A stretch of DNA of 64,000 bases, taken from assembly GCA_041691795.1 (NCBI GenBank), contig JBEPTX010000004.1, forward strand, positions 78,084 to 142,083, in the 5' to 3' direction. A model generated the notes under the pieces. It worked only from the letters and a program-made list of their open reading frames with translations, was not told the DNA's origin and ran no database searches. The DNA is from Candidatus Saccharimonadota bacterium. Lineage in GTDB: Bacteria > Patescibacteriota > Saccharimonadia > Saccharimonadales > Saccharimonadaceae. Of this stretch, positions 42,283-49,776 are shown piece by piece. The position numbers and the translations under genes were made by a program. The number at the start of each line of letters is the position of its first letter. Within the stretch, counting starts at the first letter, position 1.

Positions 42283-42906
42283 ATGGCGCCAAATAATCAT
42301 TACGATCAAACTATAGCCATCGATATAGATGACGTTATTGCCGAGAGTACTAACGCACTTCGTTTGCTGGTGAATGAACGTACGGGTGCTGATCTGACCA
42401 GGGAGCATTATATGGTAGAGGGTGAGTATCGAGGCTATTATTCGAGAGTCTGGCAAGAACATGGGCTCAGTGACAAAATTAGTTTTGAGCAAGTTGCTGC
42501 CGAAATGGCTATCGATCAGTCACACGTGCCACTCCTTCCGGGTGCAAGCTTTGCTGTTCATGAATTATCCAAGAGGTTCCATATTATTCTTATTACGGCT
42601 AGAGATCCAATCTGGGAAAAGGAAACTCGTAGGTGGTTCAAAGATCATTTTGCGCAAGATGATATCGAAGTTTATTTCATTGGGTATCACAAGACCGATA
42701 CGTCAAAAACAAAGGGGCAGCTTTGCCGAGATCTGGGCGCCTCACTTTTGATTGATGATAACCCTGAGCATTGTCAGTCTGTCATTGATGAAGGGATTAA
42801 AGCGATATTATTTGGTGAATATGGCTGGCATACGACAATTCCCAAAGAGGCTATCATCTGTAAAGATTGGCCAGCGGTCATGGAGTATATTAATGACTCA
42901 GTCTGA
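42283..42906 (+). CDS. HAD-superfamily 5'(3')-deoxyribonucleotidase-like phosphatase
   Basis: Motif I IAIDIDDVIA (DxDxV). LLIDDNPEH motif IV-like. Confidence 0.55.
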   Translation: MAPNNHYDQTIAIDIDDVIAESTNALRLLVNERTGADLTREHYMVEGEYRGYYSRVWQEHGLSDKISFEQVAAEMAIDQSHVPLLPGASFAVHELSKRFHIILITARDPIWEKETRRWFKDHFAQDDIEVYFIGYHKTDTSKTKGQLCRDLGASLLIDDNPEHCQSVIDEGIKAILFGEYGWHTTIPKEAIICKDWPAVMEYINDSV

Positions 42907-43207
42907 TAATCTTCGCCAGAAGGTAGAGGCATTGATGGCTCAGGTGCCATATGGACAAGTAACGACTTACGGTGATTTAGCAGGTCTGGCTGGTCATGCT
43001 AACGCAAGTCGAATTGTCGGCGGGATTGCACACTACGGTAATCCTGATCTTCCTTGGCATAGGCTCGTTAACCGTTTTGGGGGCTTAGCAGCGGGATATC
43101 ATGGTGGTCGCGAGGTTCAGGCGCAGCTACTGGCGCAAGAGGGTATCACATGTACCAATCATATTGTTGATAATTTCAAGGAACTTCGATGGCAGCCAAA
43201 TCTGTAG
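42893..43207 (+). CDS. Alkyltransferase-like protein (MGMT DNA-binding domain, Trp replaces active-site Cys)
   Basis: VPYGQVTTYGDLA and PWHRLVN (PCHR -> PWHR). Start at ATG 42893, overlapping the HAD gene end. Confidence 0.7.
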   Translation: MTQSDNLRQKVEALMAQVPYGQVTTYGDLAGLAGHANASRIVGGIAHYGNPDLPWHRLVNRFGGLAAGYHGGREVQAQLLAQEGITCTNHIVDNFKELRWQPNL

Positions 43208-44067
43208 AACTACCTCTTATCGTCATTGCTGGTCCAACAGCGAGTGGCAAGACATCCTTAGCCCTAGAGCTTGCCGAGCAGTACGGTGGTGAGATTATTT
43301 GTGCAGATAGCCGGACAGTGTACAGAGGCATGGATATCGGGACAGCAAAACCTTCACAACAAGAACAAGCGCGTGTTCCACACTGGGGGTTGGATCTTGT
43401 TGAGCCAGATGAACGATATACGGCAGCTGACTTTAAGCAGTACGCTGTAAAAAAGATTGATGAGATTAGAAGTCGCGGGCATGTTCCATTTCTTGTCGGG
43501 GGGACAGGACTGTATATTGATGCGGTCGTTTTCGACTATCAGTTTGGCCCAGATGTAGATAAGGTTAAACGCGAAAGACTTGAGATGTTGTCAGTTGAGC
43601 AATTACAAGAATATTGTGTTAAAAACAACATAAAATTGCCAGAAAATGAAAAAAATAAACGTCATCTTGTACGTGCAATTGAACAAAAAAATATAAGTAC
43701 CTCAAGAAAAAATGCACCGATAAGCACAAGCATTATTGTAGGAATTGCTACAGATCGTGATACACTTCGAACAAGAATTGAACAAAGAACTGAACAACTA
43801 TTTGATAATGGTGTTGTTGAAGAAGCAATGATATTGGGCAAAAAGTATGGGTGGGATAGTGAATCAATGACAGGTGATATCTATCCACTTATTCATTTGT
43901 ATCTTGAAAAACAGATGTCTCTCGAGGAAATTAAAGCAAAAAATACAACACTTGATTGGCGATTGGCGAAACGTCAACTGACTTGGCTGCGTCGCAACCC
44001 CTATATAAAATGGCTCTCTCTAACAGAGGCGAATGACTATCTGCAGTCTGTACTCGCCAATGAGTAA
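43189..44067 (+). CDS. miaA: tRNA dimethylallyltransferase
   Basis: IVIAGPTASGKTSLALELA P-loop, ADSRTVYRGMDIGTAKP, VGGTGLY. Confidence 0.9.
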   Translation: MAAKSVELPLIVIAGPTASGKTSLALELAEQYGGEIICADSRTVYRGMDIGTAKPSQQEQARVPHWGLDLVEPDERYTAADFKQYAVKKIDEIRSRGHVPFLVGGTGLYIDAVVFDYQFGPDVDKVKRERLEMLSVEQLQEYCVKNNIKLPENEKNKRHLVRAIEQKNISTSRKNAPISTSIIVGIATDRDTLRTRIEQRTEQLFDNGVVEEAMILGKKYGWDSESMTGDIYPLIHLYLEKQMSLEEIKAKNTTLDWRLAKRQLTWLRRNPYIKWLSLTEANDYLQSVLANE

Positions 44068-44073
44068 AATGAG

Positions 44074-44082
44074 TGTTACAAT
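44074..44082 (+). promoter_or_regulatory. Extended -10 element TGTTACAAT upstream of ORF 44110
   Basis: 27-nt leader containing GAGAAG before the ATG. Confidence 0.4.
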
Positions 44083-44109
44083 AGAACACGAAAGTTACGA
44101 GAGAAGAAA

Positions 44110-44694
44110 ATGATTGACGCATTATTTGGTTCGAAGACGAGGGTAAAACTCCTACACCTATTCCTGAACAATCCAGGTAAGGCATTTTACGTACGCGAGA
44201 TTACTCGTTTGATCGATGAACAAATTAATTCTGTTCGTCGTGAACTCTCTAACATGATGAATGTAGGGATCGTTACAAGTGATACCGCGGACAACAAGCT
44301 TTATTATGAGGTGAACCAGCGTTATGAACATTATGTTTCGCTACGAGCAATTTTTGCCGACCAACATGTTGAGGCGGTTGCGACTTCGGAATCAGCTGGA
44401 AGCTGGCAACAGTTAATCACTGGGCTGCCAGGTGTTCGTTTAGCTATTGCTGCAGGAGTGCTAGTGCACGGTTCATCAAGTAGCGTTGATATTTTAGCTG
44501 TAGGAGATATTCCGACTGCAAAAGTCAAGAAAGCGATAAAAGATATCGAGAAACTCGAAGGACGTGAGCTCAATTATAGTGTGCTAAGTTACGATGCCTT
44601 CTATTATCGATTGAGCGTTCGTGATAAATTTATAACAGAGATATTAAACGGCAAACATTCGATTTTACTTGATACCGATAACATGCTGAAATAA
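44110..44694 (+). CDS. Winged-helix (ArsR/MarR-like) DNA-binding protein with C-terminal extension
   Basis: LFGSKTRVKLLHLFLNNPGKAFYVREITRLIDEQINSVRRELSNMMNVGIV. Confidence 0.5.
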   Translation: MIDALFGSKTRVKLLHLFLNNPGKAFYVREITRLIDEQINSVRRELSNMMNVGIVTSDTADNKLYYEVNQRYEHYVSLRAIFADQHVEAVATSESAGSWQQLITGLPGVRLAIAAGVLVHGSSSSVDILAVGDIPTAKVKKAIKDIEKLEGRELNYSVLSYDAFYYRLSVRDKFITEILNGKHSILLDTDNMLK

Positions 44695-44703
44695 GGAGAG
44701 ACT

Positions 44704-45339
44704 ATGTTTGATATTGAATATAAAGGTGGTAACGGAGTTATCATCACAACCAAAAAGAGCCAAGCGGTTATTGACCCAAAGCTATCTGTTGTAGGGCTGA
44801 AAGATCTGTCTACTAAGGACGCGGTCGAGATCGCAACAGAAGCGAGACTAGGTGTTGCTCATCCGGAGGCGCAGCTCGTCATAGAGGGCCCTGGCGAATA
44901 CGAGGCGGGTGATTTTTCTATCACAGGTACAACAGCAACGCGACATATTGATACAGAGGCGGATGAGCCTATCTCTACTATTTATCGCATTGAGGTTGGT
45001 GATGTTCGGATCGCGCTGATTGGCAATATTGCACCAAAACTCAGTGAGGATCAGTTGGAAGCGCTAGGAGTTGTCGATATTTTGATTATTCCTATTGGTG
45101 GAGGCGGCTATACGCTTGATGCGGTCCATGCTGCTGCGTTGACGCGTTCGATCGATCCAAAGGTCGTTATTCCTATTCATTATGCTGATAGTGGTCTCAA
45201 ATACGAAGTACCACAAGATGCGCTTGATCCATTTGTTAAAGATCTTGGTGCACCAGTGGAAACTGTTGCTAAGTATAAGGTGAAATCGTCGTCTGCAATT
45301 CCACAAGTGTTAACAGTCGTTGAAGTGACTCGAAGCTAG
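44704..45339 (+). CDS. MBL-fold hydrolase-like protein (UPF0173-like) without an HxHxDH motif
   Basis: C-terminal pattern DILIIPIGGGGYTLDAVHAAALTRSIDPKVVIPIHY. No HxHxDH visible. SD AAGGAGAG. Confidence 0.45.
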   Translation: MFDIEYKGGNGVIITTKKSQAVIDPKLSVVGLKDLSTKDAVEIATEARLGVAHPEAQLVIEGPGEYEAGDFSITGTTATRHIDTEADEPISTIYRIEVGDVRIALIGNIAPKLSEDQLEALGVVDILIIPIGGGGYTLDAVHAAALTRSIDPKVVIPIHYADSGLKYEVPQDALDPFVKDLGAPVETVAKYKVKSSSAIPQVLTVVEVTRS

Positions 45340-45353
45340 ATCTTGAATCTATT

Positions 45354-45384
45354 AAAAACACCTCTCCGGTGGAGAGGTGTTTTT
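45354..45384. terminator. Bidirectional terminator between the MBL-like gene and rpmB
   Basis: aaaaacacctctcc-ggtg-gagaggtgttttt. Confidence 0.8.
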
Positions 45385-45399
45385 AATTTAAGCTATCAC

Positions 45400-45603
45400 T
45401 TAAATTGCTTTAGCGAGAATGCCTTTTTTCTTCAGTGTGCGAATTGCCTGAGTACTCAGGGTCATCGTGACTTTTTGGCCATCTACGAGGAAGGTTTTCT
45501 TCTGTAGGTTTGGTTTGAAGACACGTTTAGTGCGACGCAAAGAAAAGCTGACATTGTGGCCAAACTGTTTGCCTTTTCCGGTGAGTTCACATCGTGCTGT
45601 CAT
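45400..45603 (-). CDS. rpmB: 50S ribosomal protein L28
   Basis: MTARCELTGKGKQFGHNVSFSLRRTKRVFKPNLQKK. Confidence 0.9.
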   Translation of the reverse strand: MTARCELTGKGKQFGHNVSFSLRRTKRVFKPNLQKKTFLVDGQKVTMTLSTQAIRTLKKKGILAKAI

Positions 45604-45753
45604 AGTATTAATTCCACTTATTTTTTACAATCTGTACCAGTATAGCCTCTTTGGCGGTAAACGTCAAGGTGAAGTCCAGTTTACTAGTTTTGCGACATAC
45701 TATTTCGTTATGCTTGAGTTGCTATCAAAAGTAACGGATAATTGAGGAGGAAT

Positions 45754-46464
45754 ATGAGTTACGAACCACACGCACATCCAGCACAGGTCTTAATCCTAAG
45801 GCACTTACTGTTCTCACCAGAGGCAGGATTTGCTGATATGCAGAAAACAACAGATCTGACGAGTGATCACTTCAATTTTCATATTAAGAAGTTGATTGAT
45901 GAGGGGTATGTCAAAAAACAGGGTAAAAATTACGGCCTGAGCAACAAGGGCAAAGAATATGCCAATCGAATGGATACTGATGAGAACGAAATTGAAAAGC
46001 AACCAAAAGTATCAGTGGTCATTACGGTTGAACGAAAGAATGAGAAAGGTGAGAAAGAGTACCTTTGTCAGCAAAGGCTCAAAAATCCATATTATGGTTT
46101 TTGGGGACGACCACAGGGTAAGATGCGATGGGGAGAGACCGTTACAGAAACAGCCAGGCGTGAATTAGAGGAAGAAACGGGATTAATTGCTGACCCAAAA
46201 CTGCAGCTTTTCTATCATGTTCATGACTACAGTAAGGATACGAGACAATTGCTTGAAGATAAAATCTTTCTCTGCGTCTATGCTACAGGTGCTAAAGGTG
46301 ACTTGATAGAAGAGTTTGAAGGTGGAAAAAATGCCTGGATGACAGAACAGGAATTTATGTCACTCAGCAAGAGATTTACGAACGTAGATGATATCATGCA
46401 ATTGATGGAGAAGGGGGAAAGGTTTGCTGAACGTGAGTTTTACTACGACGAATCTGAATACTAG
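45754..46464 (+). CDS. Winged-helix + Nudix hydrolase fusion protein
   Basis: N-terminal wHTH (LILRHLLFSPEAGFADMQKTT...HIKKLIDEGYV). Nudix box GKMRWGETVTETARRELEEETGL. SD GAGGAGG before ATG 45754. Confidence 0.7.
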   Translation: MSYEPHAHPAQVLILRHLLFSPEAGFADMQKTTDLTSDHFNFHIKKLIDEGYVKKQGKNYGLSNKGKEYANRMDTDENEIEKQPKVSVVITVERKNEKGEKEYLCQQRLKNPYYGFWGRPQGKMRWGETVTETARRELEEETGLIADPKLQLFYHVHDYSKDTRQLLEDKIFLCVYATGAKGDLIEEFEGGKNAWMTEQEFMSLSKRFTNVDDIMQLMEKGERFAEREFYYDESEY

Positions 46465-46493
46465 AGGCCTCAGTACTGTATAATCAGTAGCAG

Positions 46494-47147
46494 ATGTTTG
46501 CTGATATTAATATACTGCAATTAGTGATTGTCCTTGGGGTTATTTTGCTTTCTATGACGCTTCATGAGGCCATGCATGGCTTTGTTGCCTATTATCTTGG
46601 TGATGACACCGCAAAACTCGAGGGGCGTCTGACGCTTAATCCTATCAAGCATATTGATCCGTTTTTAACGATCCTTTTGCCTCTGATGCTTGCAGTTGTC
46701 GGTGCGCCTATCTTTGGTGGGGCAAAACCTGTACCTTTTAATCCTAATAGGGTTCGGTACGACGAGTGGGGAGCTGCAATGGTTGCGCTTGCTGGTCCAC
46801 TGACTAACTTTGTCTTGGCATTTGTCTTTTTTGGAATATTCGCGCTTACAGGGGGCGTCCATAGTAGCGGTATCATTGCTGAAATTCTTATTACAGCTGT
46901 TACGGTGAATCTCGGGTTCTTTGTTTTTAATATGATTCCTATCCCACCCCTCGATGGTTCGAGGGTTCTGTATGCACTTGCGCCCGAATTTGTGCGACGT
47001 GGCATGGAAATAATTGAGCAGTATGGTCTAGTGGTTGTCTTTGTCATTATCTTGTTCACAGGTTCGGTCATCGGTGTCTTTATGTCCGAGGCAATTCAGT
47101 TCTTTGTGGCACTGTTCGCTCGCATTTTTGGTATCGGACTACTATAA
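46494..47147 (+). CDS. Site-2 protease family (M50) membrane metalloprotease
   Basis: HEAMHG (HExxH), NPIKHIDPF, polytopic, PIPPLDGSRVL motif. Confidence 0.8.
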   Translation: MFADINILQLVIVLGVILLSMTLHEAMHGFVAYYLGDDTAKLEGRLTLNPIKHIDPFLTILLPLMLAVVGAPIFGGAKPVPFNPNRVRYDEWGAAMVALAGPLTNFVLAFVFFGIFALTGGVHSSGIIAEILITAVTVNLGFFVFNMIPIPPLDGSRVLYALAPEFVRRGMEIIEQYGLVVVFVIILFTGSVIGVFMSEAIQFFVALFARIFGIGLL

Positions 47148-47343
47148 TAAGGAGTGTCTAGGGGTACCTTGGCGCGAATGATTTTCCTAATATCATATGA
47201 TAGGGAGTTCAAATGATTTGCTTCTGCGGAAGTACTTTGAGAACACCCACCTTGCATTTCTGCGGGGAATATCAAGCGTCGAGGCTCACTCTAGGCTTTT
47301 ATGTTAATATATAGCTATAAACAATCAAAACAGAAAGAACACA

Positions 47344-48219
47344 ATGAATCAACGCATCTCTGTCCGAGCCATTGTCCGTCAAGATGAAAAGACTTTACTT
47401 CTGAGACGTGCAAACGGTCGTCAGACTATTTTGGGGCAATATGAGCTACCCGGTGGCAAGTTAGCGTATGGTGAACAACCAGAAGACGCACTCCGTCGGT
47501 ATTTGCACGAGGATGCAGGACTACATATTCAGACGGCACAGCTATTTGATGCGGTGACGTATATCGACCATGATGATCGTGACATTCAGTATGCCGTTAT
47601 TGTCTATCTGATTGGTCTTGCGGATGGCCATCATCCTGTCGAATTAAGCCAGAACTACGATAGATATTTATGGAAAAAGGTGTTTGAATTACAACAAGAA
47701 TCAATCACAGATCTATCACAATTATTGTTGGGAATAATACATCAAGAAGAAATAACAGAGAAGAGCATTCATGAAATTGAACATCATGATGTATCAATTA
47801 CACCAGAAAGACAGGTAATTATTTATTCGGATGGGGGTTCACGGGGCAATCCAGGACCTTCTGCGGCGGGCTATGTCATCATTGATAATCATCAAAATAT
47901 TATCGCCCAGGGAGGTGAATACCTAGGTATTACAACGAACAACCAGGCGGAATATCAAGGTGTCAGGATAGGGCTTGAAAAGGCACTTGAGCTTGGATAC
48001 AAACAGATTGATTTTCGTATTGATAGCATGCTCGTTGTTAATCAGATGAATGGTATCTATAAGATCAAAAACAGAGAACTATGGCCAATTAACGAACGAA
48101 TTCGTGAGCTTTGTACGAAATTTGAGAAGATTAGCTTTAGCCATGTTCGTCGAGAATTTAACCAACTTGCCGACGGCATGGTAAATCAGACACTCGATGC
48201 TCACGCGAATGAACAATAA
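47344..48219 (+). CDS. Nudix-like domain fused to ribonuclease HI
   Basis: N-terminus GGKLAYGEQPEDALRRYLHEDAGL (near-canonical Nudix box). C-terminus IIYSDGGSRGNPGPSAAGYVI...NNQAEYQGV...IDSMLVVNQMNG...NQLADGMVN (RNase H1 DEDD pattern). Confidence 0.75.
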   Translation: MNQRISVRAIVRQDEKTLLLRRANGRQTILGQYELPGGKLAYGEQPEDALRRYLHEDAGLHIQTAQLFDAVTYIDHDDRDIQYAVIVYLIGLADGHHPVELSQNYDRYLWKKVFELQQESITDLSQLLLGIIHQEEITEKSIHEIEHHDVSITPERQVIIYSDGGSRGNPGPSAAGYVIIDNHQNIIAQGGEYLGITTNNQAEYQGVRIGLEKALELGYKQIDFRIDSMLVVNQMNGIYKIKNRELWPINERIRELCTKFEKISFSHVRREFNQLADGMVNQTLDAHANEQ

Positions 48220-48247
48220 AAGTACAAAAGTCCTATATACTAGATAA

Positions 48248-48580
48248 GACAGTTTGTTAGATGATCGCTTACTCTTCACAGAGTAAGAGGAAAGTCCGGG
48301 CAGCATAGGACATGACAGTTGTTAACGGCAACCGGGGGTAACCCTAGGGAAAGTGCCACAGAAACGATACCGCCCTTCACGGGGTAAGGATGAAACGAGT
48401 GGGGTAAGAGCCCACAGCGACGTATGGTGACATACGGAGGAGGTAAACCCTGTCAGCTGCAAGGAGGTTTGCATAAAAGGACGGTCCGTCCGCAGACCGA
48501 TACCCGCTTGATCCATCAGGTAACTGGTGGGCTAGATAGATGATCGTCCACGACAGAACCCGGCTTACCGACAGACTGTC
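48248..48580 (+). ncRNA. rnpB: RNase P RNA (bacterial type A-like)
   Basis: P1 gacagt/actgtc. P4 strands GAGGAAAGTCCGGGC and ACAGAACCCGGCTTA. TATACT -10 ends 6 nt upstream. Confidence 0.9.
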
Positions 48581-48584
48581 AACT

Positions 48585-48612
48585 AAAAATACCGCCTCGT
48601 AGCGGTATTTTT
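48585..48612. terminator. Bidirectional terminator shared by rnpB and rplT
   Basis: aaaaataccgc-ctcgta-gcggtattttt. Confidence 0.8.
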
Positions 48613-48631
48613 AGTGTAAGGAGCGAAAAAC

Positions 48632-48976
48632 TTAGGCTTTAGCGGTCTTTACGACTTCGCTGAAGGCTTTTGGTTCACTGACGGCTAGTTCGGCGAGAAC
48701 CTTACGGTCAAGCTCTACGTTAGTCGCCTTGAGGCCAGCAATCAGTTTAGCGTAGGTAGTACCGTTTTCGCGTGCAGCGGCGTTGATACGAGTGATCCAA
48801 AGACCACGGAGATCACGCTTTTTGTTACGACGGTCACGATATGCATACTGCAATGCCTTGATAACGGCTTGTTTGGCAAGTCGAAATGAACGCGTGCGGC
48901 TGTGTTGCATGCCTTTAGCGGCTTTTAAAATCTTCTTGTGTTTAGCGCGTGCGGTGACGCCTCGTTTTACTCGCAT
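48632..48976 (-). CDS. rplT: 50S ribosomal protein L20
   Basis: [22 protein letters not shown]...[24 protein letters not shown]. Confidence 0.95.
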   Translation of the reverse strand: MRVKRGVTARAKHKKILKAAKGMQHSRTRSFRLAKQAVIKALQYAYRDRRNKKRDLRGLWITRINAAARENGTTYAKLIAGLKATNVELDRKVLAELAVSEPKAFSEVVKTAKA

Positions 48977-48978
48977 AA

Positions 48979-49173
48979 TTAAACTCCTAGTGCTCGTTTA
49001 ACGTTTTTAGCCATCTTACCAGTAACGATAGCGGTGGTATTGATTGCGCGTTTGCGGCTTTTGCTCTTTTTGGCGAGCATGTGGCCACCAAATGCTCGGC
49101 GACGGGTCAATTTACCAGTGCTGGTAATCTTGATCCGCTTCGCGGTTCCTTTGTGGGTCTTTAACTTTGGCAT
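48979..49173 (-). CDS. rpmI: 50S ribosomal protein L35
   Basis: [37 protein letters not shown]. Confidence 0.95.
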   Translation of the reverse strand: MPKLKTHKGTAKRIKITSTGKLTRRRAFGGHMLAKKSKSRKRAINTTAIVTGKMAKNVKRALGV

Positions 49174-49679
49174 TATTTGCTCCTTACTACTATGCTCAGA
49201 TTGCGACCGGCCATCTGAGGCTGTTGCTCTAATATTGCTTCATCTTCAAGCAGGGCAATAATTCTCTCAATCATTTCGTATCCTAACTCTTTGTGGGCCA
49301 TCTCGCGACCGCGGTAAAAGATTTGGATTCGCACCTTGTTTCCCTCGGCGAGGAAACCACGAATCTTGCGTAGTTTGATGTCGAGGTCGTTAGCGCCGAT
49401 CTTGAGCCCTAATCGCATCTGCTTCAACTCACTCGTTTTAGCATTCTTGCGAATTTTGTGTTGTTCTTTCATCTTCTGGTATTGGTATTTACCCCAGTCG
49501 ACGATCTTAACAACAGGCGGATCAGCGTTCGGTGAAATTTCAACGAGGTCAACCTGCGCTTCTTCGGCCTTTTTCAAAGCCTCTGCTCGGCTCATGATGC
49601 CAAGCTGTTCGCCGTCACTACCGATAACTCGGAGTTCAGGTGCGCGAATTGCTTCGTTGATACGAACGGATTTACTGAT
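49173..49679 (-). CDS. infC: Translation initiation factor IF-3, non-canonical ATC start
   Basis: The conserved N-domain (ISKSVRINEAIRAPELRVIGSDGEQLGI) lies upstream of the track ORF Met. There is no in-frame ATG/GTG/TTG between the upstream TAA and that Met. ATC at 49679-49677 lies 6 nt after AGGGAG. Confidence 0.8.
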   Translation of the reverse strand: MSKSVRINEAIRAPELRVIGSDGEQLGIMSRAEALKKAEEAQVDLVEISPNADPPVVKIVDWGKYQYQKMKEQHKIRKNAKTSELKQMRLGLKIGANDLDIKLRKIRGFLAEGNKVRIQIFYRGREMAHKELGYEMIERIIALLEDEAILEQQPQMAGRNLSIVVRSK

Positions 49680-49776
49680 TGCTGTCTCCCTTTGCTTATA
49701 TGCGACTTTGCAATATATTGAGCGTTACTCGATGACTATCTTACCAGATAAGCAACCGTAGTACAAGAGGTTTTGC

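Noticed and set aside
48322-48516. 64-aa minus-strand ORF in the ORF track
   Set aside because: It lies entirely inside the RNase P RNA gene (48248-48580, plus strand), which has unmistakable P4 motifs. This is a spurious ORF in a GC-rich structured RNA.
48585-48612. Shared sequence aaaaataccgcc in the terminators after rnpB and ssrA (51827-51856) as a mobile or repeat element
   Set aside because: Only about 12 nt are shared, and both are ordinary stem-plus-U-run terminators. The similarity is most simply convergent or a weak preference, not a repeat family.
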